From Bacillus siamensis KCTC 13613 (GTDB taxonomy: Bacteria; Bacillota; Bacilli; Bacillales; Bacillaceae): a stretch of 40,000 nt of DNA. Numbering within the stretch: the stretch's first letter is position 1; every line of letters starts with the position of its first letter. The stretch spans positions 653,868-693,867 of the forward strand of contig NZ_AJVF01000013.1 in NCBI RefSeq assembly GCF_000262045.1. The letters run 5' to 3'. Position numbers and translations under genes: made by a program. The notes beneath the pieces are model-generated. The model had not been told where the DNA came from. It worked only from the letters and a program-made list of their open reading frames with translations, and ran no database searches. Of this stretch, positions 27,337 to 35,427 are shown piece by piece.

Positions 27337-27338
27337 GA

Positions 27339-27367
27339 AAAACGGAAGCCCGGGGAGCTTCCGTTTT
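27339..27367. terminator. bidirectional terminator between yjqA and xlyB
   Basis: Sequence is AAAACGGAAGC-ccgggga-GCTTCCGTTTT. Confidence 0.7.
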
Positions 27368-27372
27368 ATTGA

Positions 27373-28326
27373 TTACAGCCTTTCCTCGATTTTTGCCTTC
27401 GTTTTCGGGCCGTAAATTCCGTCTGCCGTTAATCCGCTGACGGATTGAAAACGTTTTACGGCATTTGCCGTTTTCGGACCGTAAACGCCGTCAACCCCGT
27501 GATGTTTTGCGCCTTTATCAGGATAAAAATAAAGGGCGGATAAAGCGTTTTGCACTTGTTTCACGTTTGTCCCTTTCGTCAGCGGGTTTGTCACTTTAAT
27601 CACTCCGGACGGGAGCGGATAGGAAGACGCAGCCTGACTTTTCGAGGAAGATCCCGTCTGAGACAGCTTGATCACCTGCCCGGCTGTAATGTGATTCGGG
27701 TCGGTGATATGGTTTAAGCTTTGCAGCGATTTTACACTGACACCGTGTGATGCGGCAATCTCCGACAAGGTGTCGCCTTTTTTCACATGGTATTCAGATA
27801 CCGACGGAGAAACGGCAGCCTTTTTTGCAGGCGTACTGCCGTTTAATTTCTTTTCAATTTTCGCCTTCACTTCATCCCAGCGGCCTTCAGACAAAATGCG
27901 GTGCGGGCAGTACTTTCCGTTCCAGTCCTGGTGCTTTCTGATTCTGTCAATCCCCCATCCCCGCTCCTTCAGAAGCTGAGCGGCAAACTCAATCGCCAGT
28001 TCTTCTGCGGCTCTGTACCGTTCGCCGCCTGACTTGCTGTAACAGATTTCTATAGCAATCGACTTCCGGTTTCCGGTGCCGTTTGTGCCGTCTCCCGAAT
28101 GCCAGGCATTCCGGTCCAGCGGAATGCCCTGAATCACTTCTTTGTCATCGACTGCAAAATGATAGCTCGTTGATTCGCTGTTCCCCGTCATATAGCTGAT
28201 TTCATTGGCGGCGGATGCGTCGTTTGCCGTGTTATGGATGGTAATATACTCCGGCGTCATTGGATTCGGACATTTTAACGCATATTTATCAGCCGATACG
28301 AGCCGTTTTTTCACTTCAATCCCCAC
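27373..28326 (-). CDS. xlyB: N-acetylmuramoyl-L-alanine amidase (Amidase_2 + LysM + PG_binding_1)
   Basis: N-terminal amidase_2/PGRP-like region (ITIHNTAN..YHF..WH.GD), a central LysM (YHVKKGDTLSEIAASHG), and a C-terminal PG-binding repeat (DGVYGPKT..DGIYGPKT). GTG start is preceded by AAGGAGAG. Confidence 0.88.
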   Translation of the reverse strand: MGIEVKKRLVSADKYALKCPNPMTPEYITIHNTANDASAANEISYMTGNSESTSYHFAVDDKEVIQGIPLDRNAWHSGDGTNGTGNRKSIAIEICYSKSGGERYRAAEELAIEFAAQLLKERGWGIDRIRKHQDWNGKYCPHRILSEGRWDEVKAKIEKKLNGSTPAKKAAVSPSVSEYHVKKGDTLSEIAASHGVSVKSLQSLNHITDPNHITAGQVIKLSQTGSSSKSQAASSYPLPSGVIKVTNPLTKGTNVKQVQNALSALYFYPDKGAKHHGVDGVYGPKTANAVKRFQSVSGLTADGIYGPKTKAKIEERL

Positions 28327-28435
28327 TCTTCATCTCTCCTTATGCCTTTTTCATAAATAGGTGGCATTCGTAGGACAGACGCCTTGAGTATATAGACCCT
28401 GCAATCGGATAAAAGTGGAATGTTTGTGCTTAGGC

Positions 28436-28466
28436 AAAAAAAAGACCCTTCCTAAGAAGGGTCTTT
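28436..28466 (-). terminator. rapA-phrA terminator
   Basis: Minus strand reads AAAGACCCTTC-TTAG-GAAGGGTCTTT followed by a T-run. Confidence 0.8.
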
Positions 28467-28468
28467 AC

Positions 28469-28603
28469 TTATGTTTGGTTGCGCGCGGCAATATGAAATG
28501 TGCCGTCCGCTTGGTTTTCCAAATGGCTTTCATGGCCGATTCCCTGTGTAAAGCTGAACCCGACAGCAACAAGCAGCAATCCTGACAACAGTTTAGATTT
28601 CAT
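28469..28603 (-). CDS. phrA: Phr signalling peptide precursor ending in ARNQT
   Basis: 44 aa: MKSKLLSGLLLVAVGFSFTQGIGHESHLENQADGTFHIAARNQT. It has a signal peptide plus the C-terminal pentapeptide ARNQT known for PhrA. It overlaps the rapA end by 11 nt. Confidence 0.9.
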   Translation of the reverse strand: MKSKLLSGLLLVAVGFSFTQGIGHESHLENQADGTFHIAARNQT

Positions 28604-29726
28604 ATAGACAATCTCCTCTCTGGATTTGTTTTTGGGCGTGCACCATTTTTTCATAAAACGTGAGCGCTTTTTCAGGCTGTCCATGCTCCATGTAAAATTT
28701 GGCAGCGTCATGCGCCAATTCTTCAACATACGGATACAGCATGTGTTCCTCCAGAAACTCAAAGGTGTGCCTGACGCATGCGTTATCCATCTTGCCATAT
28801 AACGCATGTAAAAATTGAAACAGCTTGACAAACAATTCATCATTGTATTCGCGGGCGATACTAAGCCCGAGGCGGTATTGCTTCTCTGCTTCGGCAGTGG
28901 TGTTCTGTTTATAAAGGACCTGTGTTAATGAGTAAATAGAATGCGGAAGATTATCGAACTTTTCTGACTTGCAAATGGAAACGGATGTCTCAAAATATTC
29001 GGCTGCTTTAGAGAGGTCTCCCATTTTTTCATAGCAGTTTCCGAGATTATATAAGGCTGAACTAATAAGACGGGGATTGCCTTCTTGTTTCGCAAGATCT
29101 AAAGCAAGTTCTAAGTGGGGCAATGCTCTTTCTGGATACTGCATGTCATCATAATTCCCTGCAATAACGAATTCACATTGGATTCTGCGGACGTTGTACG
29201 TCTCATACGATTGGTACGTTTCAAGGGCTTGTACGGCATAACTCATGGAGACGTAGGTTTGTTTCAGGTTGTAAAATATCTCGGCCATTTTAAAAGCAAA
29301 CTCAGCTTTCTCGATGTCATCAGAAACGAGTGCAAGGTTTTTTTCAGCCCGTTTGTAATACATCATGGCGTTTAGGAACATCTTCTGTTTAAATTCATAC
29401 ATTCCTCGAAAAAAATTAAAATAGTAATCAAGCAGTCCTGTCAGCTTATACTGGCTGCCTTCAATGTCTTCCAATAATTCTGAAAACTCAGGCTGAGAAG
29501 GGTCCTCCTTTAAGGGCTTAATGTAATCCAGCATGACGCGGTGTCTGAATTCCATTAATGAATAATACAGCAGCAGATCCTGATCTTCTTCCATATCCTC
29601 GATCTCTCTCTCTACTTCACGTTTGACGCGCTCCGCCTCAAGGACGTGAAACTGCCGGATATGGGTATACCATTCATTAATTTTGAGCCCGACAAAAGAG
29701 GACGGAATAGTCTGCTTCATCCTCAA
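28593..29726 (-). CDS. rapA: Rap-family TPR response-regulator aspartate phosphatase
   Basis: 377 aa starting MRMKQTIPSS, with TPR-rich sequence, followed by cognate phrA. TTG start is preceded by GGGGGG. Confidence 0.9.
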   Translation of the reverse strand: MRMKQTIPSSFVGLKINEWYTHIRQFHVLEAERVKREVEREIEDMEEDQDLLLYYSLMEFRHRVMLDYIKPLKEDPSQPEFSELLEDIEGSQYKLTGLLDYYFNFFRGMYEFKQKMFLNAMMYYKRAEKNLALVSDDIEKAEFAFKMAEIFYNLKQTYVSMSYAVQALETYQSYETYNVRRIQCEFVIAGNYDDMQYPERALPHLELALDLAKQEGNPRLISSALYNLGNCYEKMGDLSKAAEYFETSVSICKSEKFDNLPHSIYSLTQVLYKQNTTAEAEKQYRLGLSIAREYNDELFVKLFQFLHALYGKMDNACVRHTFEFLEEHMLYPYVEELAHDAAKFYMEHGQPEKALTFYEKMVHAQKQIQRGDCLYEI

Positions 29727-29762
29727 TTAATCCCCCCTTTTGGAATGACCGAGATATGTCAT

Positions 29763-29771
29763 ATTTTATCA
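29763..29771 (-). promoter_or_regulatory. extended -10 element (TGATAAAAT) of the putative rapA promoter
   Basis: Minus strand reads TGATAAAAT. No good -35 is present, which fits an activator-dependent promoter. Confidence 0.45.
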
Positions 29772-29802
29772 TATTTGCTAGAAAAAGAAGAACGCAAAAA
29801 GA

Positions 29803-29832
29803 CCGCAATTGTCGAATTTCGGAAATCCGCAA
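29803..29832 (-). promoter_or_regulatory. ComA-box-like tripartite site
   Basis: Minus strand reads TTGCGG-ATTT-CCGAAA-TTCGACAA-TTGCGG. This matches the TTGCGG-N4-CCGCAA inverted repeat plus a third half site. Confidence 0.6.
29810..29816 (+). promoter_or_regulatory. Spo0A-box-like heptamer TGTCGAA
   Basis: Exact match to the 0A-box consensus TGNCGAA, embedded in the ComA site. Confidence 0.4.
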
Positions 29833-29932
29833 CGATTTATCTTCATCAAGAGCTTATTGCTTGTTTCTTCCGTGCCGTTGATATAGCATATCCTTGCATC
29901 ATTTTAATTCTTGATCAAATGGGGGTTTTCAC

Positions 29933-30400
29933 ATGACAGCACAAAATCAATTGGTCAGCCACTTTCTGTCACATCGAAACGTGACGATTGAGCTGGCGGA
30001 AAAAATCAGCCGCGAACATTACGATTACAAGCCGGCAGAGACATCAATGTCCGCTCAGGAACTTGTAAAACACATCGTTTATTCTTTTCTCATGTTTGCA
30101 AACGTCATTAAAGACGGAGACGGATCAGCCATCCAGAACAAGCCGAAAGAAGAAGCGGAAACAGACCTCGTCAAACTGGCGGAAGCATGTACTGAAAAAA
30201 CGACAGACATCCTGTCACAGCTGACTGAAGAGCAGCTGAACCGCGAAATTGACCTGACTGCCTCTTTCGGCAGAAAAATTACCGGCTCCGCTCTCCTTCA
30301 GCTTGCGATGGAACATGAAATTCATCATAAAGGCAATCTTTTCGTGTATGTAAGAGAAATGGGCCACACGGAACTTCCGTTTTATCAGCAAAAATCATAA
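29933..30400 (+). CDS. yjoA: DinB-family protein
   Basis: 155 aa with DinB-like His motifs (HIVYS, EHEIHHKGN). Synteny next to rapA supports the call. Confidence 0.8.
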   Translation: MTAQNQLVSHFLSHRNVTIELAEKISREHYDYKPAETSMSAQELVKHIVYSFLMFANVIKDGDGSAIQNKPKEEAETDLVKLAEACTEKTTDILSQLTEEQLNREIDLTASFGRKITGSALLQLAMEHEIHHKGNLFVYVREMGHTELPFYQQKS

Positions 30401-30407
30401 TCCGGCC

Positions 30408-30450
30408 ATCCGCCGGTCTGCGAAATAACAGCAGGCTGGCGGATTTTTTT
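30408..30450 (+). terminator. yjoA terminator
   Basis: Sequence is ATCCGCCGGTCTGC-gaaataaca-GCAGGCTGGCGGAT followed by TTTTTTT. Confidence 0.7.
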
Positions 30451-30479
30451 GTTCTGTATAAAATTTTCCGAAAATTTAA

Positions 30480-30508
30480 TTGATAATCGCCCCTTAATCA
30501 TATATAAT
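30480..30508 (+). promoter_or_regulatory. sigma-A promoter for yjnA
   Basis: TTGATA, a 17-nt spacer, then TATAAT. Both hexamers are near consensus. It lies 38 nt upstream of the ATG. Confidence 0.7.
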
Positions 30509-30545
30509 CTGATAAAAATAGTAGGATTATTCAGGGGGCACACAG

Positions 30546-31310
30546 ATGACTGTAAGCATTGTGTTTATGGGGTTCATTGTCGGAACGCTGGTCGGATTGA
30601 CGGGTGTGGGAGGAGCGGCGCTTTTGACTCCTTTACTGATCGTTTTGGGAATCAACCCGTCAATTGCCGTCGGCACGGACCTTTTATATAACTCCATCAC
30701 CAAACTGTTCGGTGTCGTTTCTCATTGGAAGCAGCGCACCGTTCATTTTAAACTTGTCGGCTACTTGGCGCTCGGAAGTATTCCCAGCGCAACAGCCGCC
30801 ATCGGCATTCTTCACCTGTTTCCCGCTTTTCACCAGCATCAGGAGCAGATTATCAAACAGGCGCTCGGCTACGTGCTGACTCTTGTCGCCATTTCCATTA
30901 TCGCCCGCCTTTTTTTCGATAAAAAACTGCGGCCGAACCGCTGGCAGCAAAAAACGCTTGAAGAAAAACGGACACTTATGATACTGATCGGCGTCATTTT
31001 CGGTTTCATCGTCGGCCTGACATCTATCGGGTCCGGCTCATTATTCGCGATCGCCATGCTGTACCTGTTCAGAATGAAAACTGCAGAAGTGGTGGGAACA
31101 GATATCGCACATGCCTTTCTGCTCGTAACGGCCGCAGGTCTGTTAAACGCAGGCTTCGGCAGCGTCGATTACCTGCTCGTATTGAATCTTCTGCTCGGCT
31201 CCGTACCGGGTGTGCTCCTCGGCAGCTTCTTTTCGCCGAAATTCTCTCCGCGCCCGCTGCAGTTTGTGATGGCGGCGATTATTTTGATCAGCGGAATAAA
31301 ATTAATATAA
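30546..31310 (+). CDS. yjnA: TauE/SafE-family anion (sulfite) exporter-like membrane protein
   Basis: 254 aa, polytopic, with Gly-rich TM segments typical of TauE. Synteny supports the call. Confidence 0.85.
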   Translation: MTVSIVFMGFIVGTLVGLTGVGGAALLTPLLIVLGINPSIAVGTDLLYNSITKLFGVVSHWKQRTVHFKLVGYLALGSIPSATAAIGILHLFPAFHQHQEQIIKQALGYVLTLVAISIIARLFFDKKLRPNRWQQKTLEEKRTLMILIGVIFGFIVGLTSIGSGSLFAIAMLYLFRMKTAEVVGTDIAHAFLLVTAAGLLNAGFGSVDYLLVLNLLLGSVPGVLLGSFFSPKFSPRPLQFVMAAIILISGIKLI

Positions 31311-31346
31311 AAAAAGCGTCCTTTACAGGAACGCTTTTTTATTTTT
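31311..31346. terminator. bidirectional terminator between yjnA and the small membrane protein gene
   Basis: Sequence is AAAAAGCGTCC-tttaca-GGAACGCTTTTTT. Confidence 0.7.
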
Positions 31347-31351
31347 CGATA

Positions 31352-31543
31352 TCACCTTACACTTATTAAAATATAAACAGCAAACGCGACAATGTATACC
31401 AGAAATGATCCGGTCATAAATTTTACGGGTTTTCTTGAGAAGTTTAATACTCCTCTTAATCCGTCATTCAAAATCATTCCGAAAAATGTCACCAGTGTAA
31501 CTCCTAAAGCGAGCATTGAAATCACAAAAATAACCTGCTCCAT
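31352..31543 (-). CDS. 63-aa two-TM membrane protein (hypothetical)
   Basis: Strong RBS GGAGGGTG 7 nt upstream of the ATG. Two hydrophobic helices are visible. Confidence 0.65.
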   Translation of the reverse strand: MEQVIFVISMLALGVTLVTFFGMILNDGLRGVLNFSRKPVKFMTGSFLVYIVAFAVYILISVR

Positions 31544-31865
31544 GTCAAATCACCCTCCATTTACATTCTATTTTTTCAAATATGCCTATTAGTCTGGGAA
31601 AAAGATAAGACGATTGCGACCGGACATTTTCATTACCAGAAATGAAACGTTACGAGGTTCATTGCAGCAGAAAAAATGTCGCTATTAAAAACCATTCCGT
31701 TTTGATTGCTCTTTACAGCGTCATTCCAAATTATAACTTAATCAAGTATGCAGTAACACTTTTCTTCTGCCTGCATTTTCGCACTTCCCATTCTCACAAT
31801 TCATTCCAAAACAAAAAAGCAACCCTTTCACGGATCGCCTTTTCTCTTATAACGTCACACCAAAC

Positions 31866-31975
31866 TTAAAAATCGATCTGCCGGACTGATAAAGCCCGCA
31901 AGAAATTGCCTTCACCGAACTGAAGGACTTTTTCAGGATATTGAATGTATCTGCCGCAAGCTGTCCGCCTCCTGC
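31866..31975 (-). pseudogene. uxaB: 5' remnant of a tagaturonate reductase (uxaB-like) gene
   Basis: Minus-strand AGGAGG at 31973-31968 is followed by a frame encoding ..YIQYPEKVLQFGEGNFLRA. That is the N-terminal dinucleotide-binding motif of mannitol-dehydrogenase-family UxaB as I recall it. There is no in-frame start, and a stop follows after LSVRQIDF. Confidence 0.5.
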
Positions 31976-31983
31976 TGTATTTA

Positions 31984-31997
31984 TGCACACGTTAACA
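31984..31997. promoter_or_regulatory. LacI-family operator-like site TGCACACGTTAACA
   Basis: It shares the 12-mer CACGTTAACATT with the site at 33342, and lies just upstream of the uxaB remnant. Confidence 0.4.
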
Positions 31998-32036
31998 TTT
32001 TTTGTACAAAAAAACTGGATATTCAGACGAGGCAGT

Positions 32037-33035
32037 TTATGTGAGTTTTTTGATTGAATCTCTTATTATCACCTCAGTGTTTTCATATATTTTTCCCGCC
32101 GCCGTATTCGGATCAGCGATAAGCGCCAGAATCTTCTCTGCGCCGAGGATACTGATTTTTTCAACCGGGCGTTTTACGGTCGAAAGTCTCGGCGTCATGT
32201 ATTGTGAAATGCCGATGTCATCAAACCCAATGACGGATATGTCTTCGGGAACGTTCAGACCTTTGGCGAAAATGGCGTTCATCGCTCCGATCGCCATATC
32301 ATCATTTGAACAAAAAACAGCGGTAGGCGGTGATTGAAGCGCCAAGAGTTTTTCCATCGCCTGACTGCCGCTCTCCATATCGTAGTTGCCTTTTACACTG
32401 TATTCTTGCTTAATCGGAATAGCATGATCAATTAAAGATGACAAATAGCCTTCTTTCCGCTGAGAAGTTGACCTGAATCCTTCTTTTCCCTCAATGATCG
32501 CGATATTTCTGTGTCCGTTTGCGATCAGGCAGTCGACCGCCTGTCTGGAGCCTTCTTTATCGTTTGACAGGATATTCGTGAAGCTCCGGTCATCAATGTC
32601 CCGGTTCAGCACGACGAGCGGGATGTTTTTCTCACGGATATGATAAATAAAGGAATTATCACTGTCGCTTTGGCTCATTAAGATGATTCCGTCATATCTC
32701 ATGGGCGTAATGGTTTCAAAGCTTTTCAGGTCGTCAATAGCGCGGACGAACAAATTGTAATCCTCGCTGATTGTGCGGTTTACCCCTTTGATGGTATCGG
32801 AAAAAAAGCTGTGTGAAGTTCCGTTTGTGATGCTTGTAAAAAACAGTCCGATCGTATGGGACTTTTGCATGGCAAGGCTTTTTGCATTTACATTCGGTGT
32901 GTAATTCAGCTGTGAAGCGAGCTCTAATATCTTCTGTTTTGTATGCTCTTTAATGTAGGGGCTGCCGTTCAGTGCCCGGGATACCGTTGTGTGGGATACG
33001 TTGGCGAGTTTTGCGATATCTTTTATGGTTACCAT
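32037..33035 (-). CDS. exuR: LacI-family transcriptional regulator, ExuR-like
   Basis: N-terminal HTH is VTIKDIAKLANVSHTTVSRALN, followed by a periplasmic-binding-fold core. ATG at 33035 has GGGAGAAAGGAAAA upstream. Synteny between ndh and yjnA supports the call. Confidence 0.82.
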   Translation of the reverse strand: MVTIKDIAKLANVSHTTVSRALNGSPYIKEHTKQKILELASQLNYTPNVNAKSLAMQKSHTIGLFFTSITNGTSHSFFSDTIKGVNRTISEDYNLFVRAIDDLKSFETITPMRYDGIILMSQSDSDNSFIYHIREKNIPLVVLNRDIDDRSFTNILSNDKEGSRQAVDCLIANGHRNIAIIEGKEGFRSTSQRKEGYLSSLIDHAIPIKQEYSVKGNYDMESGSQAMEKLLALQSPPTAVFCSNDDMAIGAMNAIFAKGLNVPEDISVIGFDDIGISQYMTPRLSTVKRPVEKISILGAEKILALIADPNTAAGKIYENTEVIIRDSIKKLT

Positions 33036-33073
33036 CGGTTTTCCTTTCTCCCTGTATACTGTCATTTATTTCT

Positions 33074-33082
33074 ATTGTACCA
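33074..33082 (-). promoter_or_regulatory. extended -10 (TGGTACAAT) of the putative exuR promoter
   Basis: Minus strand reads TGGTACAAT, about 40 nt upstream of the exuR start. Confidence 0.4.
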
Positions 33083-33341
33083 TTAACGGACAGTCTCTAA
33101 AATCACTAAAGTTGAGGTTTTGCATGATGTAAGTCCTGAACGGGCTCGGCATGCTGCCTGTCTGTCAGCTTATCTGTCATACCGATAATCAGCATGGCGC
33201 ACAGCAAAAGGAGCCTAAAACGTGTCTTTCGTCTGAGATGTATTTGGGATATAGCCGGTATTGATCAGCCTGATGCCTGAAAGAAACCCTGATGACGGAT
33301 GACGGAAGACAGAAATTCAGCACATCAGCCGCAGTGCTGAC

Positions 33342-33355
33342 TGTTCACGTTAACA
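33342..33355. promoter_or_regulatory. LacI-family operator-like near-palindrome TGTTCACGTTAACA
   Basis: It is pseudo-palindromic around a central CG. No adjacent target gene remains. Confidence 0.4.
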
Positions 33356-33363
33356 TTCAGACA

Positions 33364-33395
33364 TAAAAAAACACTGCCGAGAAAGTCGGCAGTGT
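33364..33395 (-). terminator. yjlC-ndh operon terminator
   Basis: Minus strand reads ACACTGCCGA-CTTTC-TCGGCAGTGT followed by TTTTTTT. Confidence 0.85.
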
Positions 33396-33406
33396 CATTT
33401 GAAGGA

Positions 33407-34585
33407 TTAGTAAGCCAGGCTGAATAATCCTTTGATATGTGTTAAATAACGTACGTTACTTGCTTCTTTCATTAAAGATGCCGGAAGACCTTTCAGCGGA
33501 GTAGAGTTCGCTCCGATGATGGCAACCGCGTCTTTACGTCCGAGACTTGCAAGCGTACCAGAGTTTACAGGCTTGAATGTTTCAAGCGTTTTTCCTTCTA
33601 AGTAAGCGAACAGGTTGTAACCGACAAGTTCACCCATCTGCCATGCGATTTGCGCTGTAGGCGGGTATGGACGGCCGTCCGGCGCAAAGTATACTGCGCT
33701 GTCTCCGACAACAAATACATCTTCGTGAGAAGTAGATTGTAAGAAATCATTAACAGTCGCGCGGCCGCGATTCACTTCAAGACCTGATTCGCCGACTAAC
33801 GGGTTGCCTTGTACGCCGCCTGTCCATACAAATGTGTTGGCAACGACTTTTGAACCGTCTTTCAGATCAATGACGTTTCCTTCCACGTTTGTAACAGGAA
33901 GACCTGTTAAGAACTCAACGCCGCGTTTTTCAAGGCTTTTTGTCGCGCGTTCGATAAGATCATCAGGAAGAACAGGAAGAATTTTCGGACCTGCTTCAAC
34001 TAGTTTCAGTTTGATTTCTTTATGGTCTACACCGTATTTTTTCGTAAGGTTCGGCATGATGTCAGCAAGCTCACCGACAAGCTCAACGCCTGTTAAGCCG
34101 CCGCCTCCGATAAGAATCGTTGCATCAGCTTCGTTTTTCGTTTTAGAGTATTCACGCACACGATCTTCCACGTGTTTGTATACTTTGTTGGCATCCGCAG
34201 CAGATTTGAGCACCATGCTGTTTTCTTCGAGTCCAGGAATGCCGAAATAAGCCGTAACTGAACCAAGTCCGACAACAAGCGCGTCATAAGTCAGCTTAGA
34301 ACCGTCAGAAAGGGCGACTTCTTTTTTATCAACTGAGAAAGAATTGACTTCTGCGATTTTAATGTCAACGTCTTTTCCTTTAAGAAGTTTTTCAAGCGGC
34401 ATAGCAACAGCCTGTTCAGACACGTTGCCGGCTGCAAGGCGGTGCAGTTCCGTAATAATTTGGTGAGTCGGGTATTTGTTCACAACGGTTACGCGTGCTT
34501 CATCTTTACTGTAATGTTTGCGAACGGTTAAAGCAGAAAGAACTCCGCCGTAACCAGCGCCTAAAATGACAATATGTTTTGACAT
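33407..34585 (-). CDS. ndh: type II NADH dehydrogenase
   Basis: 392 aa with two Rossmann motifs, GAGYGG and GGGLTGVE. Synteny with yjlC supports the call. Confidence 0.93.
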   Translation of the reverse strand: MSKHIVILGAGYGGVLSALTVRKHYSKDEARVTVVNKYPTHQIITELHRLAAGNVSEQAVAMPLEKLLKGKDVDIKIAEVNSFSVDKKEVALSDGSKLTYDALVVGLGSVTAYFGIPGLEENSMVLKSAADANKVYKHVEDRVREYSKTKNEADATILIGGGGLTGVELVGELADIMPNLTKKYGVDHKEIKLKLVEAGPKILPVLPDDLIERATKSLEKRGVEFLTGLPVTNVEGNVIDLKDGSKVVANTFVWTGGVQGNPLVGESGLEVNRGRATVNDFLQSTSHEDVFVVGDSAVYFAPDGRPYPPTAQIAWQMGELVGYNLFAYLEGKTLETFKPVNSGTLASLGRKDAVAIIGANSTPLKGLPASLMKEASNVRYLTHIKGLFSLAY

Positions 34586-34624
34586 CGTATATCCTCCGTC
34601 CTTTATATCAATTTGAATCTGAGA

Positions 34625-35041
34625 TTATTTTTGTTTTTCGTTCATGATTTCAAGATAGCTGTTAGCAAAACGGAACAGCTTTTGCGCTTGAGGATCTTTC
34701 AGCATGCGCAGCAGGCCGAAAAGTCCGATCGTGTCATTGCTTGCATCCGCGCGGTCTTTTGCTTCGATCGCAGTAGCCGCAATGTCTTTCGCTGTTTCTT
34801 TCACAGGCTCAAGAATTTCTGTAAGCGCACCCACTGTATCGCTCTTCAATACTTCGTCTGTCGCTACAGACTGTGCAAAATCATAAGACTTCGTTAAAAT
34901 ATTTACTAACTCAGTCAGTTTTGGTAGCTGATCCACTAAAACAGTCAGTGATTCTTGAACTTCAGGTTTTAGCAGCTGATCAATAAGATCGCGTTGGCCT
35001 TGGCTGACAGATGCATTTGTTTGATCGATTGTTTCTGGCAT
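34625..35041 (-). CDS. yjlC: DUF1641-type protein co-transcribed with ndh
   Basis: 138-aa ORF with RBS AAAGGAGAA, lying 39 nt upstream of ndh. Confidence 0.82.
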   Translation of the reverse strand: MPETIDQTNASVSQGQRDLIDQLLKPEVQESLTVLVDQLPKLTELVNILTKSYDFAQSVATDEVLKSDTVGALTEILEPVKETAKDIAATAIEAKDRADASNDTIGLFGLLRMLKDPQAQKLFRFANSYLEIMNEKQK

Positions 35042-35132
35042 ATCCGATTCTCCTTTACTATAAGCAGTGTGCTGATTTTTTTGGAAAGGGTAGCCTTTCC
35101 CCTCTCATGCAGAAAAGCATGAAAAAGCAAGA

Positions 35133-35150
35133 TTGTGAATCCGTGCACAA
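35133..35150. promoter_or_regulatory. Rex operator-like site
   Basis: TTGTGAATCCGTGCACAA compared with the consensus TTGTGAA-N4-TTCACAA has one mismatch. It lies 92 nt upstream of the yjlC ATG. Confidence 0.6.
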
Positions 35151-35427
35151 TCAGTTACAAAAATAAATGTTTACTACCCAGTTTTTCACTTTGCCATATT
35201 CAGTATTATTTTTATATCAACAAAAACAATTGAATAAGTCAAAATTTCTTTTTCCTCTCTGAAAATAGCAAACATAAAAAACCCCAATTTGAATTACTCT
35301 TATATAATAACACTTTTTGAACAAAATTTGAACGTGAATTGTTTCGTTTATGAAATTATTTATATGGCCGGGGTGTAATAACGTTTCTTTTAGGCTATTT
35401 TTTTACAGACCATCCGCTTTTCCCCTG

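Noticed and set aside
28469-28843. 124-aa ORF overlapping the rapA 3' end
   Set aside because: Only its last 44 codons (from ATG 28603) form a sensible product, a signal peptide plus ARNQT (phrA). The rest is an alternative frame of rapA.
31642-31869. 75-aa plus-strand ORF in the region between the small membrane protein gene and exuR
   Set aside because: It has no RBS and low-complexity sequence. It lies in what looks like decayed DNA next to the uxaB stump and is most likely a chance ORF in AT-rich debris.
33066-33341. Possible C-terminal remnant of a transporter (ExuT-like) upstream of exuR; minus-strand frame ..RFRLLLLCAMLIIGMTDKLTDRQHAEPVQDLHHAKPQL
   Set aside because: It is only about 50 codons with no start. 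I cannot recognise it confidently without a database search, so I record it as uncertain debris and not as a feature.
35042-35427. Searched the long AT-rich yjlC leader for a riboswitch, T-box or small ORF (19-aa and 29-aa candidates)
   Set aside because: No conserved riboswitch core that I recognise is present. The mini-ORFs lack convincing RBS and context. Only the Rex-like site is supported.
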